Counted from the stretch's first letter, positions 13,310-27,620 are shown. The stretch: 64,000 nucleotides of DNA from Octopus vulgaris (GCA_951406725.2 OX597824.1:37758001-37822000); one strand, 5' to 3'. Notes: generated by a model from the letters alone, not told the origin. Numbers and translations: made by a program.

Positions 13310-14400
13310 AAGAGAGAGAGAGAAAGAGAGAGAGAGAGAAAGGAATGAAAAAGAAGAGCAGAATACAACGAGCAAAAACGAGGAAAAGGTGGAGGAAGGT
13401 GAAAGAGGAAAAGTAGGAGAGAAGAAGAGAGGAAGAGTGTTTTACATGGTTGGTTGTGCATCCATACGGTAGTGAACGAGCAGCTAAGTTGGGATTAGCG
13501 GCAAAAGTATTCTTTGGTTAAGTGTTTATGTACGTTTTCCACACCGAGCTTGATGTTAGGTGGTCATTATCGAGCAAATGTTAAAGATGACCGTTATTGC
13601 ACCGTAGGTGGTGGTGGTGGAGGCGGGCGGTGGATCTGGTGGTGGTGGTGGTGGTGGTGGTGGAGGTGGTGGTGGTGAGAGTTAAAAGAAATAGAACGAC
13701 GCTGGATAAAGAGAAACGGGAGCCAGTAAAAAGAGAAGGAAAATATAAAAAAAGAAGAAGCGATCTTCTTCTATAGTAGGATCTATAAAGAATAAGAAAA
13801 AACTAGACAACGAAAGCTGATGAAGTTGACTGCTACAAAAGATGTGATATAGTAAAGAGAGGAAATGTTTTCACATGTAAATGATGTAAAAACAGTAAAT
13901 GGAAGGGAGGAGGGGTGTAGAAGGAAGTGATGACGATGGAAGAGAAACGACAAAAAAAAAAAGAAGACAAATGAATAATTAACAACAGAAATTACTACTA
14001 CTACTACTACTACTACTACTACAGAGATCTTCGTCTGTTCTGTTCTGTGCTTCTCCACTGCGTGTAGCTGTGACGACGAGGATTTGCAAAAGGAAAACAT
14101 ATTAATTTGTAAATGTTTATTAGAAAAGCACGAGGCTAGAAATTTCGAGCGTTAATCCATTAGAAGAACGTCAAAACTACGCTGCTACTTTCTTTCTCGT
14201 AAAGGATGAAGGGCAAACTTGATGTCGGCGAATTCCCCCGAATTGTAGGACGAGTAACAAGTCTGTTCCTTGATTTCAAATCCCCACCGAGACCGAATGT
14301 TTATTCTTTTCGACAAATAAAATCTCTCTCTCTCTCTCTCCCTCTCTCTCTCCCTCTCTCCCTCTCTCTCTCTCTCTCACACACACTCGCTCATTCAATT
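12614..14400 (-). promoter_or_regulatory. Probable 5'UTR/proximal promoter region of the K2P gene, with (CA)n, (CT)n, (CCA)n and (GA)n tracts
   Basis: Directly upstream of the ATG, largely free of recognisable transposons, no pyrimidine-rich acceptor before the ATG. TSS cannot be located. Confidence 0.35.
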
Positions 14401-15904
14401 TTACCTGTTATTCAAAACTCCAGCTCTGACATAGTCGGTCACGCAAAATCCACCCCGCAATTGCGTTAAGGGTACACGTACCTGTGGAATGCTCAGCTGT
14501 TTATACATAAATTTCACGAGTAACAAGTGGTTAAATATGTAAATGTTTATCGTCGAGTGCATTGAAAAATTCGCCAATAATAATAATGATTTCTGAATGA
14601 GGCCCATGACCAGTAATTTTAAGGGGCTGGAGTTAGTCAATGTCATTTCAATGCATTTGGTTGGATACATTGCCCAACCAGGGCAAGATGCGCAAAAGTT
14701 TTGAAGTCACATCCCTATGATGGGGGCCTAGGATAGAAAGGTCCGTTAGTCATTCTATGTGCAGTAACGAAGCGGATAACGACAAGCATGCCTAGTTGGT
14801 GTAACCTAGAGTATCGTGTCCGAATCGACTTGGATTGGTGATATACTCAGTAAGTCTCCACTTCCAGCAGCAGTAACCCCCACCCATTCCTCTTGCGAAT
14901 TCTCTTGAACCAGATACCATGATGTGCGTAATCTCATTGGGATCTTGGGAAGTCCGTCGTTTCCCGTTTCACCGTTATAGGTACCTGCATTATATTCAGC
15001 AAGTTTCAATCCATTGGATGCAGTCATAATACAAGCCACGTTGAGTGTGGCAGAGTAGGATAACTTCGTAATATTTCAATTATAAATATTATGGTAACTA
15101 TGTTGTGAGAGAAAGGCTCTCTCAAGGGCCTGAAAAACTATCCTGGAGACGTTAGTTTCAACACTAGAGGAAAAGGGTAATCCGTACCATATCACCTGCC
15201 ACCTACTCGGCCTTTTCCCGTCACAGGGTTGGGTATTCTCCAGACGGGTGGTCAGGGGTCCTATGTTTCATCGCCGTTATAGCTCAGTTCAAGATTCCTG
15301 GCTGGTGTCTTATGGACTGAGAGTTGTTCATGTTTCTCCCAGATTCCTTACTATTCATATGCCCTGGATAACTGCGGGACCCGGCAGTTTGTATGCTTTT
15401 CCTGTGGGGCTTGAGTTGTTGCTGAGATGGCGAGATGCCCTATTTGTTTCAACGGAGTCAGCTAAGCGTCTCAGCATCACTCGATTAATATTGGATAGGC
15501 AAGCGCAAGCAGAATTTCCGTTAAATTCTCTGATATGGTTCCCCGTACCTCTGCAATCCCCCAGTCGAGCTTAAACTGGGTGTCTAGGATGAATTTAATT
15601 CTATCCTTGAAGAAAGATCTCTGGATACTTCATTATACTATTCCACAATGTCGTTGAAAATCCATGCTTTTGCAGAAAGGTTGGCGTCCGTCATCGCAAT
15701 ATTCCTAAGCCTTCAATAATATACCTATGATGAAATAGAAAATCTATGAACTTAATGGAAGCTCTTGTTGGGTTTATGGTACGAGTAATATAATTCAGAA
15801 TCATCCAGATCTAATACATGAATGTACTTAATGGTGTAATTGTTTCCGTGTTAGCCTTCCTATCATTCTTTAAACAGTTCCCTAGATATAAAGTTATTAC
15901 ACAA

Positions 15905-15939
<35 letters not shown>

Positions 15940-16092
15940 AATCTCTGAACGAGGTATAAACAGTAGCTGCACGACATTGTGAAGTATATTTACCATTTAA
16001 ATGTGGCTAACCCTTAAGGGTGGATGTTACTGTAGCTTGTAGCTCCAGGAGGACACCTTCTCCAGCTGGCAATCGACACACTTTCTGTGCCC

Positions 16093-16214
<122 letters not shown>

Positions 16215-16242
16215 TGCATGTATGTATGTATATATGTATATA

Positions 16243-17087
16243 CAGGGTGCGGTGAATATATTGTCGTCTAAATTACGCAAAAATGAAAATAACACTGGCA
16301 TCTCATTTTAACAAATATATTTACCAAAATTGCATTAAAATATCTTGAAATACTAAAGAGTAAATTTATGCGATAAAATTGTCATTGGCTTCCACCACGT
16401 ACGCCAGACGACTTCGGAATCACCTGCAACTCTTCTGGGCGGTCTCCTTGTTTAAGTTGGTGGTTGCTGCCATAATACTCCTTGTCTTCAGTTCATCTTT
16501 AGTGTGACAAGGAGTTTTCTTGGTCTCTCGTTCAACTGCACGCCACAGATAATAATCGAGTGAGTTACAGTCTGGGGAGATAAATGGCCAGATGTTAGGG
16601 GTGATGTGGTCGCAGAAATTGACTAGGTTCTCTTGCCTGTGTGGCATGGTACCTGTTGCCAGACATTGGGTCTTCCAGCAGCCACCCTCTTCCCCCAGGG
16701 CAGCTCTACCTCCTCCAGGCACTTGATGCAAGCCTCTGTTTTGAGTCTGAGGCCGTGTGGGAAGTTGAATGGAAGCATAACGTCGCCATCACTAGTGATC
16801 ACTCCAAGCAACATGATGTTGACTGAATGTTTGATTTTTATCACTCTCTGTACATGTCCTCAGATTGCACTGTTCTCAGACTGACACCCAAACACTGTTC
16901 GTATTAAAACTTCCGGCGCGAATGCCAAGCAGAACAGCATGACGTTTCCAAATTTCTAGCAGAGTGAATTGCGTCATGGTGCCCAACTGACCCTACTACA
17001 TTGTGTAGTCGACAAAGTCAAAAACAAACAATGCGCATGCTCAAAATTCAAAATATAAAATAGCGACGATTTACTCATCGCACCCTG
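16243..17087 (-). mobile_element. Internally deleted Tc1/mariner-superfamily DNA transposon with transposase relic
   Basis: TA|CAGGGTGCG...CGCACCCTG|TA termini; relic peptides VWQQ..PCHT and IWPFISPDCNSLDYYLW (WPxxSPDxNPxD motif). Confidence 0.9.
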
Positions 17088-17288
17088 TATATTCTTTTAT
17101 TCTTTTACTTGCTTCAGTCATTTGACTGCGGCCATGCTGGAGCACTGCCTTTAATCGAACAAATCGACCCCAGAACTTAATTCTTTGTAAGCCTAGTACT
17201 TATTCTATCGGCCGAACTGCTAAGCGACGGTGAGGGAACAAACACAGGCACACACAAATATATATATACATATACATATACATACATA

Positions 17289-17340
<52 letters not shown>

Positions 17341-17341
<1 letters not shown>

Positions 17342-17564
17342 TCTCTCTCTTTTACTTGTTTCAGTCATTTGACTGCGGCCATGCTGGAGCACCGCCTTTA
17401 GTCGAGCAACTCGACCCCGGGACTTATTCTTTTTGTAAGCCCAGTACTTATTGTATCGGTCTCTTTTTGTCGAACCGCTAAGTGACGGGGACGTAAACAC
17501 ACCAGCATCGGTTGTCAAGCAATGCTAGGGGAACAAACACAGACACACAAACACACACACATAC

Positions 17565-17599
<35 letters not shown>

Positions 17600-17749
17600 C
17601 GACAGTCTTCTTTCAATTTCTGTCTACCAAATCCACTCACAAGGCTTTAGTCAATCCGAGGGCATAATAGAAGACACCCAAGGTGCCACGCAGTGGGACT
17701 GAACCTGGGACGATGTGGTTGGGAAGCAAGCTTCTAACAGCCACTCCTG

Positions 17750-17750
<1 letters not shown>
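17341..17750 (-). mobile_element. SINE family A (an additional partial copy lies at ~17091-17270)
   Basis: Homology to 33437-33868. Confidence 0.9.
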
Positions 17751-17794
<44 letters not shown>

Positions 17795-17978
17795 TATATT
17801 GGTAAAAACGGTAAGATAACAAAAGAAAGAAAGAGACCTCAATATTATGTAAATAGAGGAAATATATATATATATATATAGATGTATGTATGTATGTATG
17901 TATGTATGTATGTATGTATGTATGTATGCATGTATGTATGTATGCATGTACGTATGTATGCATGTACGTATGTATATG

Positions 17979-18534
17979 TCTATTATATAAAATTCGCTCT
18001 GTCTGTGTGTGTGTGTGTGTCTTCTAAGATCTCGGGCATCCTCCATCCGATTGTGCTCAAATTTAATAAGTATATACCGACGGTATCAGGGCGTGCACAA
18101 GTCTTGAAAAAATTACAAAAATCGATTCCTGGTGAGAATGCCATCGATAAAGCCGTGGGAACGTGCATTTGTATGCGCAAGTACATCAGCTATTGTGATC
18201 AATACTACGCGTACGCGAGAAAAATGCACGTGCAGTTTGCGCAAAAAAAGCCTTCTGGCTTGAAATAATACCTCAAAATGCAGTATATTTAAGAGACCAA
18301 AAAAGTATGATGCAAAAGAGATATTTTCTTCAAACTTGGCAAGAAGGAAGGAAGACTATTTGATTTCTCAAGAAGTTTTTTTTTTTTTTTTGCCTTAACT
18401 TCGTTTAACAAAACCCAAAATTTTATTGAAATAAAGGCATGCTTAATTGTTTTTTAATGAAAAGAAAACACTGATTGCTTTTTATTCAGCAGATATGATT
18501 CAGCACCGTCCATTGGACAGGGGTGTTTTGCTCG
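17979..18534 (+). mobile_element. Non-autonomous Helitron-like element
   Basis: 5' TCTATTATATAAAA, subterminal microsatellite, 3' hairpin caccgtcca-t-tggacagggg-tg followed by CTCG|T (CTRR-like end). Confidence 0.6.
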
Positions 18535-18753
18535 TGTATACATATATATATATAAAAGTAACAAGTGTCAGTTCAATACAGCCGTTCTAAGGAATTTTTA
18601 AATTGATTAATGAGTACATTATATCATTAAAAGAACCGTTTTCCTCGGATGAATACATGAGTTTTACAATGAAGGTTGGCATTCATCTATAACTAGTACA
18701 TACCTAACTAGGTGCCTCTTTAAGTACTTCATACAACTGAATCTTGCTTTATA

Positions 18754-18805
<52 letters not shown>

Positions 18806-18808
<3 letters not shown>

Positions 18809-19047
18809 TCTTTTATTCTTTTATTTGTTTCAGTCATTTGACTGTGGCCATGCTGCAGCACCGCCTTTAGTCGAACAAATCAACCCCAGGACTTATTCCT
18901 TGTAAGCTTATTACTTATTCTATCGGTCTCTTATACCGAAACGCTAGGTTACGGGGACGTAAACACAGCAACATCCGTTGTCAGACGATGATGGGGAGGC
19001 AAATACACACGCACAAACGCACATACACAAATGCACACACACACACA

Positions 19048-19109
<62 letters not shown>

Positions 19110-19280
19110 CATGCATATGACGGGTTTCATTCAATTTCCGTCTGCCAAATCCACTCACAAGGCTTTGGTCGACCCGAGGCTATAGTAGAAGACATTCGCC
19201 CAAGGTGCCAGGCAGTGGGACTGAACCAGGAACCATGTGGTTGGTAAGCAAGCTACTTACCACACAGCCACTCCTGCGCC
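18806..19280 (-). mobile_element. SINE family A
   Basis: Homology to 33437-33868. Confidence 0.9.
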
Positions 19281-19400
19281 TTTTTCTTTTATACTTTTAT
19301 TTGCTTTAGTCATTTAAATACGACCATGCTGGAGCACTACCATAATATATATATATATATATATATTTAAAAAAAGGAGATGTCGAACACGAGTGGTGAT

Positions 19401-19640
19401 ATATAAAAAAGGAAATGAAGAAAATGCTGACAAATAATTGAAGTAATTTAAGTAATTTAATTAGGTGAAAGTTCTTTTTACCGGTTGCGCATTTGTTATG
19501 CTTATCAAAATATAAAAGAGAGATTAGAGTTCCTTTCTTATAGAATTTTTCCTCGGAAAAGAACTTTCACCTAATTAAATTACTTAAATTACTTCAATTA
19601 TTTGTCAGCATTTTCAGCATTTTCTTCATTTCCTTTTTTA
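19401..19640. repeat. Foldback inverted repeat (~80-bp arms) between (TA)n tracts, with a degenerate HHR at the arm/loop junction (19476-19510, minus)
   Basis: Arms 19401-19479 and 19557-19640; minus strand TTT-TTGATAA-GCAT-AACAA-ATGC-GCAA-CCGG-TA-AAA. Confidence 0.85.
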
Positions 19641-19682
19641 TATATATATATATATATACACACATACATAGATGTAGGTGTG

Positions 19683-19731
<49 letters not shown>

Positions 19732-20181
19732 ATAGTTGTAGGTGTGTATGTATATATCTATGTATCCTTAGCTTTGGGCACTCAACTCCTTGAAGACGTT
19801 GTAGGGCGCCGTCATTATAAACAGCATGTCTTATGCATTTTTGAGACATTGGCGAATGAATCCCTGTCCACAGTCGATTTCTTATAGAAGAGATAAAAAG
19901 AAAGGAAGTGAATAGAGCCTATTGCAGCGATGATACTTTGTTTATCGATCCCGAAACATTATAAAATAAAGTTGACCACAACAAGCAATCTATTTAACGT
20001 TCTAGCAACTCTGCAAAACTAATTGTCGCATACATGCATACATACATACATACATACATACATACATACATACATACATACATAATACATACATACATAC
20101 ATACATACATACATACATACATACATACATACCTACATACATACATACATACATACATACATACATACATACATACATACA

Positions 20182-20215
<34 letters not shown>

Positions 20216-20353
20216 CATACATACCTATGATCTGTAAGCAAGGCAGTAAAAATATGGAAGACTTTTCTAAAGTTCAAAATGTGAATGTATCGTTATCTAC
20301 ATTCCAAAGATGGAGTTTCGTATCTAGCCTCAAAGTTATCAAAGTTATCAAAG

Positions 20354-20478
<125 letters not shown>

Positions 20479-20980
20479 CTGGAAAGGGCGTGTGAGAGTG
20501 TGTGCGTGTACACACGCGCTCACCGAAAGTAATGCGAAAGCGAGAGAAGTTTTGTTATTAACTGATATAAGTATTTCACATTGCTCGGTTTGATAGAGTA
20601 ACGCTTCCCCTATAGTCACACATCTGTTTTCTTCTTTAGGACAAGCAAATTAATGGGTCTCAAGCAGAAACAACGTACCGTCATTGAGGTTTTGATGAAG
20701 TAGGTGTGCAGGTTGTGTGTCATCCACTGAAGGACACAAGCTACTTTCGGAGATTACACCATTCACAACGGTAATAGGTACAGATGGACAAGGAAATTTA
20801 CAGAAGAGAAACTCTGCAATGAAGGCAAATTACGCAATGAAACACCATCAAATCCGACCACTGACACATATCTCCAGCGAGGGACAAACTGATTTGTGCA
20901 AATAGATTAGTCATCTTCCTCCTAAAATTGCTGGCTTTCTGCCAAAATTTGAAACTAGTCATTATTATTGTTATTGTCAA

Positions 20981-21430
20981 GGCGGTGAGCTGGCAGAATC
21001 GTTAGCATGCCGGCTAAAATGTTTACGGGCATTTCGTCCGTCCTTACGTTCCGAGTTCAAATTCCGCCGAGGTCGACTTCGCCTTTCATCCTTTCGGGGT
21101 TGATAGAATAAGTACAAATTGAACACTGAGATCAATGTAATCGACTCAATCCTTCCCTCAGAATTTCTGCCCTTGTGGCAAAATTTGAAAGCATTATCAT
21201 TATTATTATTATTGTCAAAGTGGCGAGCTGGTAGGGTTGTTAGCATGCTGGGCAAAATGCTTAGCAACACTACGTCCGTTTTTGCGTTCTGAGTTCAAAT
21301 TCCGCCTAGGCCCACTTTGCCTTTCGTCCTTTCGGGGTCAATAAAATAAATACCACTTGAACACTGGCGTTCATATATTTGACTTATCCCCTGCCCCAAA
21401 ATTGCTGGCCTTGAGCCAAAATTTGAAACT
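20981..21430 (+). mobile_element. Two tandem copies of SINE family B separated by (ATT)n; other copies near 270-425, 1165-1380, 35840-35970(-), 36170-36357, 54300-54430(-), 60430-60612(-)
   Basis: A box TGGCAGAATCG, B box GAGTTCAAATTCC, central ccgaggtcgactttgcctttcatcctttcggggt domain (resembles the Meta-SINE core, from recall). Confidence 0.85.
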
Positions 21431-21785
21431 ATCATTATTGTTGTTGTTGTTGCTTAACACAGCATCTTTATTGGTTAGTGTAACTAAAGTAACATTTTTC
21501 ATTCAGATTTCGAGAACTTTGCAGAGGATTCGTGTATTTCCAAATAACACTATTTATTCCTATTCTCTTAATCCACATTGTGCGTTTGTTACTTGCAGAA
21601 CCCAATGCTCCAACAACAGCGGGTATAACGCTTATCTTCAAAGATCACGCTCTTTTTATCTCCAATTTTAAGTCATATCTGACCTGCTTCACTTCTCTTC
21701 CTAATACTCCGTCATCACTATATCACAAGGACATGAAATAACTGTGATAAAACAGTTTTTTTTTTGCTTCAACCCCTATTTCTGG

Positions 21786-21833
<48 letters not shown>

Positions 21834-21835
21834 GC

Positions 21836-21899
<64 letters not shown>

Positions 21900-22046
21900 G
21901 TTATTATTATATTCAAATTCCCCGAGGTCGACTTTGCCTTTCATCCTTTCGGGTATTATTATTATTATTATTGTTGTTGTTGTTGTTGTTATTATTATTA
22001 TTGCTATTACTACCATCATCATCATCATTGTTGTTGTTATTATTAT

Positions 22047-22588
22047 TGAGTGAGAGAGAGAGAGAGAGAGCAGCGCATGCCATCAAACTGACACTGGGGT
22101 ACAAATATACGAAGCCCAATATACCCACCATGACTTAGCCGTCTGATAAGGGTACACCAGGAACATGCATAATAACCATGCGCGACATGGTGATCTTATG
22201 TCAAGATAAGCAGCACATGACCTTGCAGGTGGAACCCAGTTAGAATTTTTTTCAGGTCGAGGAACTCATACCACCCAAAAAAGTCCCTGAATAAGAGTTG
22301 TTCCAGAGGTGAATTATTCAAACCCTAAAGAATTCCTCTCAACAAATGGCTATGATGCTCCCCCACTACTTCTACTCGTGTTAAAAAATGCACATATCGT
22401 CAGTAATCGAGGCATGTGCTCAACTGGTTAAGGTCAAATAACTGACAATAGAATATGTGGTATTGAGCAGAATATTTGCCGTAGCCTATCTTTGACATCA
22501 AGACAAAACAATGTACATGATCACACTTCCAAGCGGTTAAGATCAGATGCCATGAGAGCCAGTGTCTTTATTATTATTATCATTATTA

Positions 22589-22655
<67 letters not shown>

Positions 22656-23152
22656 TACTACTATTGAGTGAGAGAACAGTGCATGCCATCAAAGTGACAC
22701 TGGGGTAAAATATACCAAGCTCAGTATACTCATCATGACCACCCGTCTGTTAAGGGTACACCAGGCACATGCATCTCTACCATATGTACGCGACATGGTG
22801 ATCTCATATCAAGATTAACAGCGCATGACCTTGCAGGTGGGGCCCAGTTAGAATTTTCTTTAGATCGAATAGCCCATCCCGCTCAAAAGGTCCTTAAATG
22901 AGGGTTGTTTAATGATGTTGAACGAAACACCCATGTTTCCAGAGGTGAATTATTCAAACCCCCCAAATTCCTCTTAACACACGGCTATGATGCTCGCCCG
23001 CTACTTCTGCTCGTGATCAGAATTGCACATATTGTCAGCCACTAAGGGACATGCTCAACTGGTTAAAGTCAAACAAGCAAATCTGTGGTATTGAGCAGAA
23101 TATTTGCTGTAGTCCATCTTTGACATCAAGACAAACATGTACATGATAACAC

Positions 23153-23153
<1 letters not shown>
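22047..23153 (-). mobile_element. Two head-to-tail copies (22047-22568, 22666-23153) of a ~555-bp (TAA)n-embedded non-coding repeat
   Basis: Both align to 51276-51831; each is bounded by (ATT)n/(ATC)n arrays. Confidence 0.85.
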
Positions 23154-23217
<64 letters not shown>

Positions 23218-23228
23218 TATTATTATTA

Positions 23229-23286
<58 letters not shown>

Positions 23287-23364
23287 TCACCTAACTTTTC
23301 CTGTTTTATGTCTATGTCACATCTCAGCTCCAACCCACAGCTCAGAGACACAACACATTGAGCT

Positions 23365-23900
23365 GTTCCAATCTGAATACTTCCTAAGAAATTTGATATT
23401 TGCAGCTTTTGATGCTAGAAAATCGATCAATTTGTGATGGTCCCAAGTTCACCGATTGCAATAGGAACTACACTCACTTTTAAGGATCTATGGATTATTT
23501 TCACTTCCAATCCTAGATCTTCATACTTCCAGACATTTTCAACAGCTATCTTAACAATATTCGAGTCTGCAGGTTTAACAACGGCAATGCAGGTCCATTC
23601 TTTGGACTCCTTCCGTAAGAGAGTGATCATAATGTTGCAGCATTTTGTCTCTGCATATTCCCATATCCCATGTGAGTCTCACCTGACCATTCTCTGCTAC
23701 AGGCAAATGTTGGTGCTCCACTTGTTGGAACTTTCTAACCCATACTTCTCGCAGAACTCCCAGTGTATTCGCACTGCTAATTTGTCATGGCGTTTTTCTT
23801 TTTATTTCTTAATGTGTTGATTCTGAGCATCCACTAAATACATGTCTAACTGTCTCGGATGATTTTCCACACTGTCCATACAAAAGTAACTCTGCTGTCT
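23365..23900 (-). mobile_element. Dong/R4-clade LINE relic (restriction-like endonuclease region)
   Basis: RHDKLAVRIHWEFCEKYGL...KYEDLGLEVKII...VSVVPIAIGELGT. Confidence 0.75.
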
Positions 23901-23929
23901 TAGGAATGTCACACTTTTTTTCCTTCTCG

Positions 23930-24465
23930 AGCCATTTCTGGCTCATAAGGGCCAGTTTCCCGGTTTCCTTGGCGTATAGATTCCCCATCTGGACTGGACG
24001 CTGGTCCGTCGCAGGTGACCTGCAAGATGCAGGAGGAAAGAGTGAGAGAAAGTTGTGGCGAAAAAGTCAGCAGAAGTTCGCAATTCTGCCGGAGCCGCGT
24101 GGAGCTTAGGTGTTTCGGTCATAAACACACACATCACCCTGTCTGAGATTCGAACCCGCGATCCCTCGACCACGAGTCCGCTGCTCTAACCACTAGGCAA
24201 TGTGCCTCCACCAAAATAAATGCGCCCTTTTAAAGCCTAGCCAGACTCATGAGCCCGGTTTCCCAGTTTCTATGGCGTATGTGTTCCTCAGCTGGACGGG
24301 ACACCAGTCCATCGCAGCATTACTCATTTTTGCCAGCTGATTAGACTGGAGCAACGTGCAATGAAGTATTTTGCTCAAGAGTACAACGCGTCGCCCGGTC
24401 CAGGAATCGAAACCACAATCTTACGATCATTGTGCTGACACCCTAACCACTAAGTCACGCGCGTC
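23930..24465 (-). mobile_element. Two adjacent tRNA-derived SINEs (family C; related head at ~58215-58320 on +)
   Basis: Minus-strand tRNA-like heads tgcctagtggttagagc...gggttcgaatc and tgacttagtggttagggtg...gtttcgattcc; the two tails share cggtttc...ggcgtat...ctggac. Confidence 0.75.
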
Positions 24466-24879
24466 CACAATGGCACACTTCATTGAATTAGTTCATAAAG
24501 CTTGCTCGTAAACGCCCAGCATCATTTTAGTCGCAGGTGTGACTGTGTGGTAAGAAGCTTGCTTCAAAACCTAAGCGTCTTCTAATATGGCTCCGAGACG
24601 ACCAAAACTTTGTGAGTGGGTTTGATAGATGGAAACTGAAAAACACATTGCATGTATGCGTGTATGTATGTCATTATTCAGTTTTATTTCAAGATTTCTT
24701 GCCAATAGAGGAAGAGTTAATTTCTAACCTAGATCCAAGGCTCCTTCAATGGAATTTCAACATCAACAATAAGCTATTTTGTATGTGTGTATGTGTGTAT
24801 GTATGTATACGTGCAGATTTGTATATTTCGTTTTATGTATGTCTTTTCATGCATATACTTATCTAGACATGCTCATATA

Positions 24880-25285
24880 TACTTAAATGATAAACTTCGG
24901 GAAAGTTTTACAGATTTTTACAGTTCCAGTGATGGCTTGGATCTGTAGTCTTCGAATCAGCTTTCTCTTCCCTGGTTTTGAGAAGCCTAATTTCTCAGGA
25001 TTGCTATTTAGGCAGTGTATGATATATCTCCGTTCCCCAATAATTAAAGGTATAAACATGAACTTGTAATCTGGATAGAGTAACTGCAGATTTCTCAATA
25101 ACTCAGCGTATGTATTCTCTTTTCCCCTGATCTTCTGCTTTATGTTAACATCCGCTGGGCAGCTGATTTCCACAACTGCACACAGTTTCTCTTCTCTATC
25201 TCAAATCATTATATCAGGTCTATTATGTTTACATTTAATTGAGGTTTTCACTGGGACATTCCACCAGTAGTCCTTTTTTTTATTA
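24880..25285 (-). mobile_element. Dong/R4-type LINE 3' fragment (RLE domain)
   Basis: WWNVPVKTSIKCKHNRPDI...VVEISCPADVN...KENTYAEL...IPLIIG...LQIQAITGTVKICKTF. Confidence 0.8.
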
Positions 25286-26176
25286 TGAGTGGCTATAGCT
25301 TCCACCATACATATTTATATGTAAGTAAGTATGTATGTATGTATGTATGTATGTATGTATGTATGTATGTATGTATGTATGTATGTATGTATGTATGTAT
25401 GTGTGTGTGTAGAGAGAGAGAAAGAAGTAGAGGGAGAGAGGGAGAGATAGATATGTGTGTGTGTCTGATGTGTATATATCTATGTGCCTTGTGTATGTGT
25501 TTATCCCCCAGTACTACCGCTTGACAACCGGTGTTGGTTTGTTTAATCTAAACTTAACAGTTCGGCAAAAGGACCCGATAAAAAGTATTAGATTAACAAA
25601 AATAATAAGCACTGAGTTCGGTTTGTTCGACTACCCCTTTCAAGTAGTGCCCCTGCATGGCCGCAGTCGAATAACTGAAGCAAGTAAAAGATAAAAGATA
25701 CATTGTCTGGAGTCCGTTTCTTCCTCTACATTCTTTCCTCATTACTCTGTATGTTTATGTGTATCCGTGCATACCAGTGTATAGGGATAGGCCTGGCCTT
25801 GATAAGCTGCCTATCTTCACCTCATCATGCTCCTCCATCACACCTTCTTACCCTCTCACTTTCTTCACCCTCTTCCCTGCTATAATAACCTAAAGCTACT
25901 TAGTTTGTTTACTTGTGAATAGAAAGGATCATAATTTTCTTTATGTGGTATTGTTGCTTATAATGCTGACGGAGTGAGTTGAATGTATTGTGTTGCATAA
26001 CTGGGTATACGTAATAACCGCCGTCGGCTTTCTGAAACACGTGAACATTATACGAAACATAAAATACCAATTACGCTTTCTGTATTCATTTTCATTTTTC
26101 TATATAGTGGCATGCATTCTACAAACTAGTTATGATGGTTATTGCTACACTGTATCGAGTATAGAGTGAGCTGTGG

Positions 26177-26252
26177 AACATTTGTACGGCGCCCAAAATT
26201 TTTTGGCGCCGTACAAATGTTGCGCCGGAAGGAAGGTACGTGCCTTCCTTCC
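26177..26252. repeat. Two adjacent near-perfect hairpins
   Basis: aacatttgtacggcgcc/ggcgccgtacaaatgtt (17 bp) and ggaaggaaggtac/gtgccttccttcc (13 bp, one mismatch or GU). Confidence 0.9.
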
Positions 26253-26305
26253 AGTGGACCTTTTGAAACGTAAATTTGTATATATGTGAGTGAGTGAGTG
26301 TATGT

Positions 26306-26343
<38 letters not shown>

Positions 26344-27228
26344 ATATTGATATGTATAAATATATGTATACATGAATGTATATATATGTGTATGTGTGTA
26401 TATATACATATACACACACATACACACGCACGCACACACACACACACACACATGCACACACACACACACACACAAAATTATTTTTCTATAGTCATTCATT
26501 GAGTGATTCACTTCTTTTCGAATTTCTTTGTTAATTTTATTTATTTCTGTCATTTTTTGAAGATTTTCAAATTTCTTCTTTCTTTTTATTTTCTACTACT
26601 TTTTCTTAACGTTTTTTTCTCAAGTTCTTCATTACTTTTTTATTTCTTCTTTTCGTTTATTTTTTATTTTCCCTCTATTCTTCTTTATTTCTTTCGGTTA
26701 TCCCATCGTCTTCCATTTCTTTCTTTCTTTCCCTTATCACTTCTTTCATTTACTCACTACTTTCTTTCTTTCCTATTAACGACTATTTATTCACTCATTC
26801 ACTTCAATTTTTCTCTTTCCTTCATTCTTTTTACTCTTTCTTCTTTTTCCTTCTTTTCTTACAATCATTTTCATTCAGTTTTTCTCTCTTTCACGAAAAC
26901 ATAACTGTTTCATTATTATCATTATTTTACTTTCTCAATGAATTTTTGCTTATTCATAAATCCTCTCTCATTCAACTCTTTCTTCCAATTCTTTCTTCCA
27001 TATCACGTCTTTGTCACGTCTTTATTTCATTCTCTTTAAGAAAAAATTGTTTCACGTTAATTATTCTTACCCTAATTTTCGTGTCTCTTTTTTTTTTTTT
27101 TTTATTACTTTTTAAACATTTTCCAACATTTTCCATTTCAGTGTTGTGATTCAACACAAACGCCTGCATTTTCCTTCTTCTCTTCTCTGTCATTCTGGCG
27201 TTGCTTTATTCTAATCTTCTCCACCGAC

Positions 27229-27261
27229 GCATCATCATCATCATCATCATCATCATCGTCG

Positions 27262-27303
<42 letters not shown>

Positions 27304-27328
27304 TCATCATCATCATCATCATCATCAA

Positions 27329-27381
<53 letters not shown>

Positions 27382-27466
27382 ACATCATCATCATCATCGT
27401 CGTCGTCGTCGTCATCATCATCATCAACATCATCATCATCAACATCATCATCATCATCATCATCAA

Positions 27467-27506
<40 letters not shown>

Positions 27507-27620
27507 GTCGTTGTCTTCGTCGTCGTCATCACCCCTCACTACCACCATAACTACTACTACTACTACTACTACAATCGCCACCAACGCCAGCTACCACCAC
27601 CACCACCACCACCACCACTA
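27229..27620. repeat. Compound trinucleotide microsatellite (ATC/GTC)n, (ACT)n, (ACC)n
   Basis: Directly visible. Confidence 0.95.

Noticed and set aside
14830-15660. Possible LINE endonuclease relic
   Set aside because: Only vague motif similarity; not supportable without alignment.
15722-15760. Further hammerhead-like fragments (also ~6215, ~42690, ~60157, ~61711)
   Set aside because: Too many core or stem mismatches to distinguish from chance.
24150-24210. tRNA-like sequence (also heads at 33437, 43852, 58215)
   Set aside because: Continues into SINE bodies; no complete cloverleaf with a pol III terminator.
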